Source: Planctomycetota bacterium (GTDB taxonomy: Bacteria; Planctomycetota; GCA-002687715; CAIWVZ01). Taken from it: 64,000 bases of DNA. A program made the translations under genes and the position numbers. A model generated the notes under the pieces. The model saw nothing but the letters and a program-made list of their open reading frames with translations. It was not told the origin of the DNA and did not search any database. The DNA lies in contig JBGANV010000002.1 of NCBI GenBank assembly GCA_044222185.1, forward strand, positions 512,001-576,000. Direction: 5' to 3'. The first letter of the stretch is position 1. Each line of letters starts with the position of its first letter. Positions 20,301 through 28,792 of this stretch are shown in pieces.

Positions 20301-21091
20301 CTCGGTTGGCCGTAACGAGCCTGCAGGCCATTGGCGTCGCCGTTCGTCATGTGGGCGCGGTTGCCCATGGAATCCTGGAACGCGGCGTAGGCGGGCTTCG
20401 CCTGGATCGTCACGGCGCCGTTGATGCCGAACGCCGTGTCGTTGTAGTGCATGATCGATTCGAAGTCGTAGGCGCCGGAGGTGAACGCTCCGCCCACGAG
20501 ATCGAAGTTGTGGTCACAGCTCGACCCATTGCAGGCCGTCTGCGAGATGTTGTTGTAATTGATCGTCACGAAGCTGTTGCGGTCCGGCCGCGACTGCTCA
20601 TGCAGGTATCCGAGCGCGTGGAACAGCTCGTGGACGAGGACGAACTTGCTGTCCCAGTGATTGGCGCCGACGGCGAGGATCTGCTGCCCGCCCTGCATGC
20701 CGATCTCGGAATGACTGACGCTCGGATATCCAGTGTTGGGGACCACCAGGATGAAATCCCCCGAGTAACTGGGCGTGACCTCGAAGAAGTCGATGTTCGC
20801 CGTGCACTCGATTTCGGTCCAATAGCGGCGGAACAGGTCCCGGTGCGCGGACGAGATGGCCGGATCGAATGCGATCCGGACGTTGCCGCTGGGCCACGGC
20901 GTCGCCGTGAAGGTGGAATCGCCGCTGACGACCGCGGCCGGAAGCCACATGTCGTCGACGAGGACGACGCCCGGGCGCGGCGGCACGGGCGGTCCGGACG
21001 GAATTTCCTGCGCATGGAGGACGAACGAAATCGCCACCAGCACGGGGCCGGCGAGCGAGAACGAGCGACGCAGACGGATTTCGTGAAGCAT
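17333..21091 (-). CDS. Secreted astacin/FG-GAP protein (paralog A2)
   Basis: Colinear with A1; HELFHALGYLHEQSRPDRN, SIMHY; ends ...NLFEPFITQTRILEFDT. 1252 aa versus 1253 aa for A1. Confidence 0.9.
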   Translation of the reverse strand: MLHEIRLRRSFSLAGPVLVAISFVLHAQEIPSGPPVPPRPGVVLVDDMWLPAAVVSGDSTFTATPWPSGNVRIAFDPAISSAHRDLFRRYWTEIECTANIDFFEVTPSYSGDFILVVPNTGYPSVSHSEIGMQGGQQILAVGANHWDSKFVLVHELFHALGYLHEQSRPDRNSFVTINYNNISQTACNGSSCDHNFDLVGGAFTSGAYDFESIMHYNDTAFGINGAVTIQAKPAYAAFQDSMGNRAHMTNGDANGLQARYGQPSTPTITYVVPNAVEAGTVGQLTITVGGSWYHEGSLDGGGILGTRVRFNGVPVNTTVIDRYTATAVVPGNLLQNAGNVAVDILNDNNAGGPSSTSVNFIILPPPCTSQFDRVGQSVTWIGDVNGDAKDDYVVGSSGVSTAGGRVRCYSGATGAALWTLNGPTNSELGFAVASMGDVTGDGKSEVLVGAPGYNSDAGRVQMLNGATGAILATINYGTAGARFGTSVAGIGDVDGDGDLDFLVGAPSYNSSAGRAEVWSSNGGLMRAHNGGAASDSFGWSVGGGVDVTGDGVPDYIVGAPKRASGTGAFEAGRAYVFSGATGSNVVNKDGDGAYDNFGFSVALVPETASSGPSGAIVVGAPEIPNFFSGTGNGTGYVRVFGHSSLLLSYATRFTWTGAAVGDRFGLSVGSAGDVNDDGSNDILIGIPQMTFPFAATGPGTFEIRSGKTGAVLYHHNSGANDEQLGWSVAGDGDADGDARIDVLVGAPGSDVGCVDAGLYYVVFPPVPPEPQKVMITEVTTGNPDAVELTNFSTTTVSLTNWSVVWKDGSTLTSSPLNVTIAPGEIIVVKEASGTLPEVPANTQVLALLPAIGTITGDLAVALVNNNKIVVDEVHIQGATGTYAEGSLGGKFRGIVYSELTNPSELNAERIWGLDSNSGGDWTTGRPRSFGLENVASGLRGQDPIAIRSVRINEVDDSPDYVELHRPGTLLLSPSVNVQGWYLLTSPAQNSAHTRIDPFPTPRTMAANSYVVLGETTSPPAEMATTSNYVNVVPLGYNLPFVGEEFSCALYDSYGRCVDVLRTTGATHVIPHNAPRAPSAWTEFTGAAFRSTISSGAIGRTPTGFDSNTGKDFRTQPTRSMGSANLATFPTGGDVDLDARLHETGVPGGMTIILNAGSDHAGEKWTYAFSLGHQLGTGPVLGLGADAVNNWLFTISTPGLYGVLDSMGSARLDFPPGTLPPGIQTDGIFFLQPNTGNLFEPFITQTRILEFDT

Positions 21092-21299
21092 GAGCGGCTC
21101 TATGAGTGACTCGAGACCGTGCCCGGTGGCTTCACCAGCAACCTTCGCGTCGATTGCCGTCGCGCGGTCCGTGCAGACGCCGATCCCGACGGGAAGCGAG
21201 TGGGAATGTCCTGGGGATACGCACCAGGAAACCATGCAAGGGGGGGCCCTTGCGGGGCTGGAGCAGGCGGCGCTGCATGTCTGCAACGCCGCCTGAGGA

Positions 21300-21329
21300 T
21301 CAAGCGTCGCGTTTCACCGAAATGTGACA
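21300..21329 (-). promoter_or_regulatory. Putative ECF-sigma promoter TGTCAC-N13-GCGACGCTTGA
   Basis: Second copy of the motif, upstream of A2. Confidence 0.6.
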
Positions 21330-21427
21330 CGCGATCTGAGCGGGCGGAAATGAGCCCCTTCGACCGGGGCGACTCTCGGGCGCGCAGGCCCGAGGCCCGT
21401 GCGATTCACGCGCGGGGACGCGTCTTC

Positions 21428-23278
21428 TCAGCGCGTTCCCGTGAAGAACGTGTAGCCGCCGCTGCCGTTGGGGACGAACGTGATGCGGGCCGGCCCGCCT
21501 CCGAGCGTCATGAGGTCGAACGTGTCGCGCAGGAAGGCGCCGCTGTCAGCAAAGGCGAACTTCTCGAGGAGCGCCGATCCGGCCGGGATGCTGCCGCGGG
21601 AGCCGCCAGAGAAGGACGTGACGCTCAAGTTCGAGCTGGCGGACGCGCCAGCTGCCGGAGCGGGGAGTGCGCCGGGGGAGATCCCGGTCAGACCGTCCGA
21701 CATCGTCGTCGACCCGTAGTAGATCGTGAAGACGCCGGCGGGCGTCGGGCCGACGCCCTGGTAGAGCTGCACGGAGAAGTTGTTGCCGTTCAGCGAGTTG
21801 GCGAACTCGACGGTGTGCTCATAGGACGCGGTGAACGTGGTCGTCGTCTCGGACGTGCGGACCGGGGCGCTCGTCGCGTTGTTCAGGAGGTCGTCCCACA
21901 CGAGGGCGATGCGCGGCACGCCGGTCATCATGCCGAACTCGGACTCGCCGAAGCTCGAGTCGCCGGAGTTGAACGTGAGGTAGCCGTTCGAACCGACGAA
22001 CACCTGTGTCTTCGACACGCCGTAGAACGGCCACGAGCCGAACGCCCCGAAGGTCACGCTCTGGTATCCGTCATCGATACTGGCGCTCGTGGCCACCGTC
22101 GAACCGACGGGCATCTGAGGCGCCACGACCGAGATCGTCGTCGCCGCGGTGAGGCGGAATCCCGACGACGATGACGTGTCCTGCATGATGCCCTGGACCG
22201 TCAGGCTCGCCCCGACCGGCACCGTGTCCGGAATCTGCGCGTCGAGGAAGTTCATGCCCGAGGAATTGATGGTCCCGAGGAAGAAGCCCAGCGGGTTCGA
22301 CGGATCGAAGCCGTTGATCAGGATCGACAGCGGGGACCCGACGCTGAGGTTCGCCACACCGACACCGGGGAAGAACGTGCCGACTTCCTGGAGCGTGCCG
22401 GCGACGAGAGCCCATGGGGTGCCCGGAACGCCGTCCGCGCGGAAGGAGATCCGTTGGCCCGGTGCGGCTTCGAAGCTGTACGGCGTCTCGGGTCGCAGGT
22501 CGCCGCCCCAGGTGCCGGACCCGAACGCACCGTCCTGATGGCTCGAGCTGAGGACGCGGAGTGCGCTCGCGCCCGTGTTCCGCTCACCCGCGAGCAGACG
22601 AACGTTGTCGATGTAGGCACGCGGCGAAACCGCCGTGTCGCCCACGTTGGCGACGGAGATTTCCACGCGCATCACGGTGCCGGCCGGCACCGAAGAGAGG
22701 TCGACGTGAGCCCGCTTGAACCCGGCGGGAGCCTGGTTGGCCGTCGCCCCCGTCAGCGTCGCCTGGTTCGGGACCCACGTGAGGACACCCGCGCCCGCAC
22801 CGGGAACGTTCGTGTATCCAGGCGTCCCGGCCGTCGTGCCGGTGTCGATGAACACGACGTTCGCGATCAACGCGTTGGTGGCGTTGTTGACGATGTCGAT
22901 CGAGAGGTAGTCGTTGAACGTCGCGGCCGGCAGGCTCTCGTTCGGGAGGAACTCCCAGTCGACTCGGAAGCCGCAGAACGGACCCACGGGGCGCGTCACG
23001 AGCTGCGTGATCTGTCCACAGGTGCCGGGAGCGTGAGGCCCGAATCCCGCGGTCGACGGGCCGGTGCCGGCGGCATTCAGTACGAGGTACTGATTTCCGG
23101 CGCTCGGGAAGAGGTCATCGGCGGTGGCACTGATGGTGGCGGTACCGCCCGTCACCGTCCAGCCGGGAGGAGGCGAGCCTGGAGCGCCATTTTCGAAGCT
23201 GCCGTTGAAGATCTGTGCGTGTGCAGCCATGGACAAACACAAGGCGATGCATGACGCGGAGACATACTGAAGCCGCAT
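21428..23278 (-). CDS. Secreted protein: CBM-like jelly roll + internal planctomycete-type beta domain + NIDO-like domain (paralog B1)
   Basis: Signal peptide AAHA-Q; NGSFE...YIDNVRL; DDG...FG.WPFYG...VFVGSNGYLTF...IALVWDDL (nidogen-like); 616 aa. Confidence 0.8.
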   Translation of the reverse strand: MRLQYVSASCIALCLSMAAHAQIFNGSFENGAPGSPPPGWTVTGGTATISATADDLFPSAGNQYLVLNAAGTGPSTAGFGPHAPGTCGQITQLVTRPVGPFCGFRVDWEFLPNESLPAATFNDYLSIDIVNNATNALIANVVFIDTGTTAGTPGYTNVPGAGAGVLTWVPNQATLTGATANQAPAGFKRAHVDLSSVPAGTVMRVEISVANVGDTAVSPRAYIDNVRLLAGERNTGASALRVLSSSHQDGAFGSGTWGGDLRPETPYSFEAAPGQRISFRADGVPGTPWALVAGTLQEVGTFFPGVGVANLSVGSPLSILINGFDPSNPLGFFLGTINSSGMNFLDAQIPDTVPVGASLTVQGIMQDTSSSSGFRLTAATTISVVAPQMPVGSTVATSASIDDGYQSVTFGAFGSWPFYGVSKTQVFVGSNGYLTFNSGDSSFGESEFGMMTGVPRIALVWDDLLNNATSAPVRTSETTTTFTASYEHTVEFANSLNGNNFSVQLYQGVGPTPAGVFTIYYGSTTMSDGLTGISPGALPAPAAGASASSNLSVTSFSGGSRGSIPAGSALLEKFAFADSGAFLRDTFDLMTLGGGPARITFVPNGSGGYTFFTGTR

Positions 23279-23641
23279 GGTTCGAGAACTCCGATTGAGA
23301 AGTGGGAAAGGGGCGCCAGGGAATGCGCCCGCCGTAGGCAACTGCACGAGATTACGCCGGGAGGACGTGGAAGTCGACGAACCGGATGGAGTGCGGGTGA
23401 GAGTTTCAAATGCAGCCTCAGCGGTCCATCAGGGATGAGGGCGTTCGAACCTTTCCTGACGTTTCGCTTTTCTCCACTCACGCACAGGAATCGCTGCCGT
23501 GCTCCGACTCGCTTCGGAAAATCCCCAAAGAGGCGGGCGCGAAGCACACGGACCGATGTTCATGAACTCCGCGCCCGTCTGGCGGATCACGGGGATCCGC
23601 TCGCGACGACGCAGCCGCGCGACTGCATCGTCACCGACCGA

Positions 23642-25492
23642 TCACCTGGTACCGGTGAAGAACGTGTAGCCGCCGGCTCCATCCGGCACGAACGTGATGC
23701 GCGCCGTGCCACCACCGATCGTCATCATGTCGAACAGGTCGCGATACACGCCGACGTCACCGAACGCGAAGCGCTCGATGAGCGGCGCACCGGCTGGAAC
23801 GACTCCCCGCGCGCCGAGCGAGAACGCCGTCGCGCTGAGGTTCGTGCTGACGCTGACTCCAGGACCCGGGGCTGGGAGGCCGCCCGGCGAGATGCCCACG
23901 AGGCCGTCCGAGAGCGTCGCCGCGCCGTAGTAGATCGTGAAGACGCCACCCGGGGTTGGGCCGTTCGCGTTGTAGAGCTGCATCGCGAAGCTGTTCCCGT
24001 TCAGGCTCGTCCCGCACTCGACCGTGTTGTCGTAGGAGACCGTGAACGTCGTGTTCGTTTCCGACGTCTTCACCGGCGCCGTACCCGCGTAGCGGTTGTA
24101 CAGGTCGTCCCACGCGAGCGCGATGCGCGCCGGCCCCGTGACCATCGCGAGCTCGGTCTCGATGTGATTGGACGGAATCGACGCGAACGACACGTAGCCG
24201 TTCGAGTCGATGAAGATCTGCGGACGGGCCACGCCGAAGAATGGCCAGGCACCGAACGCGCCGAACGTCACGGTGTGCGTGCCGTCATCCATGTTCGCGC
24301 CCGCAGCGATCGTCGTCCCGAACGGCATCTGGGCCGACACGACCTCGACGGACGTCGCCGCCGTGAGGCGGAGGCCCGACGGGTTCGTGAGATCCTGCAT
24401 GATGGCCTGGACCCCGAGCTTCACACCCGGCGGAAGATTCGCTGGCACTTGCGCGTCGTAGAAGCTGGTGCCCGTGGCTCCGATGGTGCCGAGCGCCGTG
24501 GATAGCGGATTCGAGACGTCGAACCCGTTGATGACCGTGAAGAGCTGCGCGTTGACGTCCAGGTTGGCGACGCCGACGCCCGCGTGCACGGTTCCCACTT
24601 CCTGGATCACTCCGCCGACCAGTGCCCACGGCGAGCCTGGGATGCTCGTCGCGCGCACCGACAGGCGCTGACCCGGCGTCACCTGGAACGTGTACGGGGT
24701 CTCCGTGCGGAGATCTCCGCTCCAGTCGTTGGCGAGGCCGATGCCGTCCTGATGCGACGATCCGAGGATGCGCAGCGAGGCCGTCGCGGTGTTCCGTTCG
24801 CCACCGAGCAGGCGGACGTTGTCGATGTAGGCGCGCGACACGATGTTCCCGTCGCCGCCGTTGGCGACCGAGATTTCGATTCGCATGGCGGTACCGACGG
24901 GCACCGCGCTCAGGTCGACGTACGCTCGCTTGAAGCCTGCTGGGGCCTGATTGCCGGACGCGTAGTAGATCGTGGATTGGTTCGGCACGTACGTGAGCGT
25001 GCCCGTGGCAGCGCCTGGAACGTTGGCGTACGGAACCGTTCCCGCCGTGAGTCCCGTATCGATGAACACCACGCTCGCGAGCAGCGCGTTGGACACGTCA
25101 TGGATCACGTCGATGGACAGGAAGTCGTTGAACATGGGGCTCGGGAGGATCTCTCCCGGGAGGAATTCCCAATCGATGCTCAGGCTGCACTTGGGCGTGG
25201 GCGGCCGCGTGACCACTTGAACCATCTGACCGCAGCTGCCGGCGACATGCGGGCCGCAGCCTGCCGTCAGCGGGCCGGTCGTCGCGTTCGTGAGCAGGAG
25301 GTAATTCCCTCCATCACTTGGGAACAAGCTGTCGGGCAAGCTGCTGACGATGGCGGTTCCCCCGGTCAGGGTCCACCCCGTGGGCAGCGTCCCGCTCGGC
25401 GTGCTCTCGAAGCTGCCGTTGACGACTTGCGCGCCTGCCGTGATGCAGAATGACGCCGCGGCGAGGGTCGCGATGATTGTGCGGCGTGTCAT
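23642..25492 (-). CDS. Secreted CBM-like/NIDO-like protein (paralog B2)
   Basis: Colinear with B1, also 616 aa, same C-terminus GGYTFFTGTR; GGAGGGG SD. Confidence 0.8.
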   Translation of the reverse strand: MTRRTIIATLAAASFCITAGAQVVNGSFESTPSGTLPTGWTLTGGTAIVSSLPDSLFPSDGGNYLLLTNATTGPLTAGCGPHVAGSCGQMVQVVTRPPTPKCSLSIDWEFLPGEILPSPMFNDFLSIDVIHDVSNALLASVVFIDTGLTAGTVPYANVPGAATGTLTYVPNQSTIYYASGNQAPAGFKRAYVDLSAVPVGTAMRIEISVANGGDGNIVSRAYIDNVRLLGGERNTATASLRILGSSHQDGIGLANDWSGDLRTETPYTFQVTPGQRLSVRATSIPGSPWALVGGVIQEVGTVHAGVGVANLDVNAQLFTVINGFDVSNPLSTALGTIGATGTSFYDAQVPANLPPGVKLGVQAIMQDLTNPSGLRLTAATSVEVVSAQMPFGTTIAAGANMDDGTHTVTFGAFGAWPFFGVARPQIFIDSNGYVSFASIPSNHIETELAMVTGPARIALAWDDLYNRYAGTAPVKTSETNTTFTVSYDNTVECGTSLNGNSFAMQLYNANGPTPGGVFTIYYGAATLSDGLVGISPGGLPAPGPGVSVSTNLSATAFSLGARGVVPAGAPLIERFAFGDVGVYRDLFDMMTIGGGTARITFVPDGAGGYTFFTGTR

Positions 25493-25859
25493 GTGAGTCC
25501 CCTCCGAGTTTGGGATTGGATTGAAGATCGGAATGTCAGACACAACGCGCGGACGATAGGGGGCGTGGGTCCTCGCGACGATGGGCCTTGCTGCGAGCGC
25601 TTCGTTCGGGAGCGGCGGCGCGAGGCGCGCGCGTCCGTGTCGCGATGTGACGAGGTGCGGTCACGTCGTGGCCGACCTCGTGCACCGGTCACGCGTTAGA
25701 GCATGCGCGGAAGTCGAGAGCCGTCTCGTCGCATCGCGGCTCGCGCGGCGGTTCGCTCAAGTGCGATGAGCCCAACGGCGAACGTCGACTCGTCATGCGC
25801 GTCGTTCAGGCACTACGCCTTCGAGCGAGGTTGCGCCGGCCGCATGGGATGCGACAGCT

Positions 25860-26522
25860 TCAGAACGTCTCTTCGCCGAGGATCTCGCGAAGGAGTTCCT
25901 TGCCGCGCTTGAGCTGTACGGTGAGCGTGTTGGCCTTGACGCCCAGTTCCTCGGCCACCTGCTCGCGCGGCTTCTCTTCGATGTAGACGGCGTGGAGGAC
26001 GCGGCGATAGATCAGCGGAATCTTGCTGATGGCGTCCAGGAGCTTCCGCTTGCGGTCCGCGAGGCCGGCGTTCGTCGCGGGTCCGGCCTGATCGGCAGTG
26101 AAATCGGGCGGCGTGGAGGTGGTCCCCAGATCGTTGGGCGACATCTCTGACGGGCGGCGGCGGATCTTGCGCACCTTGTCCAGAATCACGCGATCGACCT
26201 GCATCTTGAGCCAGGCCTTCAGCGCATGCTTGCGGTTGTATTCGAAGATGTCCCACTTCTCGTAAACGCGCATCCACGCTTCGCAGACGATGTCCTCCGG
26301 ATCGCAGTGGCGAGCGAGATCCTTGCCGAGGTTGCTGCGCGCGTACTGGATCAGCTCGGCGTCGTACTTCTCCTTCAACGAGGCCCACCGCTCTTGGGAC
26401 GGGGGCGATTGGCGCGTTGCGGAGTTTTGCAGGGCCCGGATCGTGTTGCAGGAGTCCGCGGCCGGATCGGGCTCCGGCTGCTGGGCGCTGGTCGAGGTGG
26501 TTGTCGGGTGTTTCGTGGTCAC
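25860..26522 (-). CDS. ECF-type sigma-70 factor (planctomycete type)
   Basis: Region 2: DLARHCDPEDIVCEAW...LKAWL. Region 4: LLDAISKIPLIYRRVL...EQVAEELGVKANTLTVQLKRG. Confidence 0.88.
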   Translation of the reverse strand: MTTKHPTTTSTSAQQPEPDPAADSCNTIRALQNSATRQSPPSQERWASLKEKYDAELIQYARSNLGKDLARHCDPEDIVCEAWMRVYEKWDIFEYNRKHALKAWLKMQVDRVILDKVRKIRRRPSEMSPNDLGTTSTPPDFTADQAGPATNAGLADRKRKLLDAISKIPLIYRRVLHAVYIEEKPREQVAEELGVKANTLTVQLKRGKELLREILGEETF

Positions 26523-26613
26523 GCGAACCTGGTCGGGTCGGGGAACGGCCCGTGGGATGCCGGAAAAGATACCACGGGAGTTGGCGAGCGGGGGGCGGCT
26601 GTGCGAACGCCGT

Positions 26614-27534
26614 TCAAAGCTTCACGTGGTGGCGCCAGACGGCCCGGGCGACGTCCGCCGTGACCCGCTGAGCCTCGTGTTCGTCGGCGAAGCCCTTCGT
26701 CAAAACGCACAAAACGAAGGGGGACGCGCCGGTTTCGCCGTTCGGGAAGACGATGGCCGCGTCGTGGAGGATCGCCGTGATCTGCCCGGTCTTGTGCGCG
26801 ACCCGCACGCCGGGCGGCAGGCCGGCGGGGATCTGATCGTTGAATTCCTGGCCGGAAAGAACGGTCATCATCTCGTCACACGCGCTGCGAGACGCGGCTG
26901 TACCGCGGGCGACGGCCACGAGGAGCGTCGCCATGTCGCGCGCCGTGGTCATGTTGTTCAGGCGATAGTCGAACGCCTTCTGATCCTCGACGCCGCGGCG
27001 GATCCGGGTCTGGGTGGCACCGAGCGCGTGCGCCGTTTCCTCGACCTTCGCGGCGCCGGCCCGCGCGATCAGGAGGTTCGTCGCGAGGTTGCTGCTCCGT
27101 CGAATCATGTGCCCGATGAGCTCGCGCGCCGACATGGACGCACCGACCTTCGTGTACATCTCGGCGTCGCTGTCGTCGGAGGCTGCCGTGCTGAACGGCG
27201 AGCCGTCGACCATGCTCGGAAACGAGTTCACGACCGGAATGGCCGCATCGAGATCGAACGAGCCTTCGTCGGCGCGACGGAACAGTTCGATCATCACGGG
27301 GAGCTTCATCAGGCTCGCCGCGTGGAGCTGGGTGTCGGCGTCGATCATCAGAACGCGATTGGATGCCAGGTCGACGTACGCCACGCTCACCGTGTGCTGG
27401 CGGTTTGCATTCACGATGGCGGCGACCTCGCGTCGCAGTTCGTCGTTCGGACCGTCCGGTGGCACGTGCCTCGTGGGCGCTGCGCAGGCGCCGAGCAACG
27501 ACAGCAGCGCGTACCCGACCAGCGAGATCCTCAT
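26614..27534 (-). CDS. Class A beta-lactamase-like serine hydrolase, lipoprotein
   Basis: Lipobox LLGAC; AASLMK (SxxK), SSN, HKTG. Start overlaps the upstream stop (TGATG). Confidence 0.88.
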   Translation of the reverse strand: MRISLVGYALLSLLGACAAPTRHVPPDGPNDELRREVAAIVNANRQHTVSVAYVDLASNRVLMIDADTQLHAASLMKLPVMIELFRRADEGSFDLDAAIPVVNSFPSMVDGSPFSTAASDDSDAEMYTKVGASMSARELIGHMIRRSSNLATNLLIARAGAAKVEETAHALGATQTRIRRGVEDQKAFDYRLNNMTTARDMATLLVAVARGTAASRSACDEMMTVLSGQEFNDQIPAGLPPGVRVAHKTGQITAILHDAAIVFPNGETGASPFVLCVLTKGFADEHEAQRVTADVARAVWRHHVKL

Positions 27535-28613
27535 CACACGACCTCCAAGACGTCGACCCCCGGCAGCTTCGGGAACGGACGGTGAGGGAACGTCTGGTAC
27601 CAGAACGCCGTCGATGCGAGGTCGTCCTGTCGCAGGAGGAACTTCGTGGCACCCATGCGCCAACCGAGGCATTGGCACGTGACGCGCAAGTCCTTCTCGA
27701 AGCGGATCGGGTCCATCACGTGGAAGCGATAGAGACCGAATCGTTGCTGCGAGCGATACAGCCCGTTGGGGCGCAGTACCTGCGGCATGCCCGTGAACGG
27801 CGCGCTGAATTCGCGATAGGCGTGTTCGACCTCGAAGTTGTAGCTTCCGCCGAAGTAGTCCTCGGTCCCCGTCCCGCAGATCGTCGGGAACTCTCCATCG
27901 CCGTCCAGGTGGAACTTCACTTCGCCCTCGCCCCACCAGCCCTGGTTGTAGACGCCCCAGCACATGTAGGTGCCGACGTAGTGACCGCGTCCCTTCACGC
28001 CATCGAGGATCGTGTACACCTCGCCGCGCTTCACGGGGTTGTTGCGCCGCCATTGCGCGTGGAAGTAGGCGCAGTCCTTGGGCACCTCCGTCAGCGCATA
28101 GTCGATCTGGTAGAAGGCCGTCATCTCCTCCTCGGCGACGTTTTCGATGGTGATGCGGCAATGCTCGCGGAAGGGCATCTCCCAGTAGCAGTTGAACGCG
28201 CTGCCCGGGTTCACGTTGACGGGGAGCGCGTTCACCTGCGCGTACGTCCCCCAGCCCATGCAGAAGAAGTCGCCCGCAGGGACTTCGATCGAAGGGTGCT
28301 TGGCGCCGTCCCAGTAGACCCGAAGGATCGCGAAACGCCAGTGGCCCGTGAGGGTCATCCAGACGTGCTGGATCACGCCCGGCCCGTCGATGTTCGCGAT
28401 CTCGAGCGTCTTGCCGGCCGCGATCTTGTCGGAAGGTGAGATCTTCCAGCCGCGGCCCAGGTCCCGCGCCGCATGCGCGCCGGTCCCCTTCGTGGCCATT
28501 CCACCGCGGCCCTTGGCTCCGCTCCGGTTCTCCGCCGTGATCGACCGCGTCTTCGCTCGCGACAACCTGCTGAGGTTCCCCAGTCCCAATCCAAGTCCAT
28601 TCCATTCCGTCAT
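27534..28613 (-). CDS. DUF2961 / GH172 glycoside hydrolase
   Basis: RSITAEN..GAKG.GG, GPGVIQHVW, PSIEVP.GDFF, WWGEGEVKF, GTGTEDYF, YRFH..DPIRF, AFWYQ. Confidence 0.9.
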   Translation of the reverse strand: MTEWNGLGLGLGNLSRLSRAKTRSITAENRSGAKGRGGMATKGTGAHAARDLGRGWKISPSDKIAAGKTLEIANIDGPGVIQHVWMTLTGHWRFAILRVYWDGAKHPSIEVPAGDFFCMGWGTYAQVNALPVNVNPGSAFNCYWEMPFREHCRITIENVAEEEMTAFYQIDYALTEVPKDCAYFHAQWRRNNPVKRGEVYTILDGVKGRGHYVGTYMCWGVYNQGWWGEGEVKFHLDGDGEFPTICGTGTEDYFGGSYNFEVEHAYREFSAPFTGMPQVLRPNGLYRSQQRFGLYRFHVMDPIRFEKDLRVTCQCLGWRMGATKFLLRQDDLASTAFWYQTFPHRPFPKLPGVDVLEVV

Positions 28614-28792
28614 GGCTGGGATGATACCGGGTCGACGCGGCGAAGGGCTCGGGCGTCGCATCGTCCCAGGTGGCTCCGGCGGGAACCCGGTTTCCGCGCA
28701 CTGCGCGGGCCCAGCGGCTGTTCACCCAAGCCCCGAGCCAGTTACGATGCGGGCCGCCGCCTCATCGTCACGGCCGAACTTCGAGTCCCAAC

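Noticed and set aside
25620-25652. Third copy of the TGTCAC promoter upstream of B2
   Set aside because: Only CGTCACAT matches; the GCGACGCTTGA half is absent.
26614-28725. 703-aa ORF as a single protein
   Set aside because: The N-terminal part is an off-frame overlap of GH172; the real gene starts at 27534 with a lipoprotein signal.
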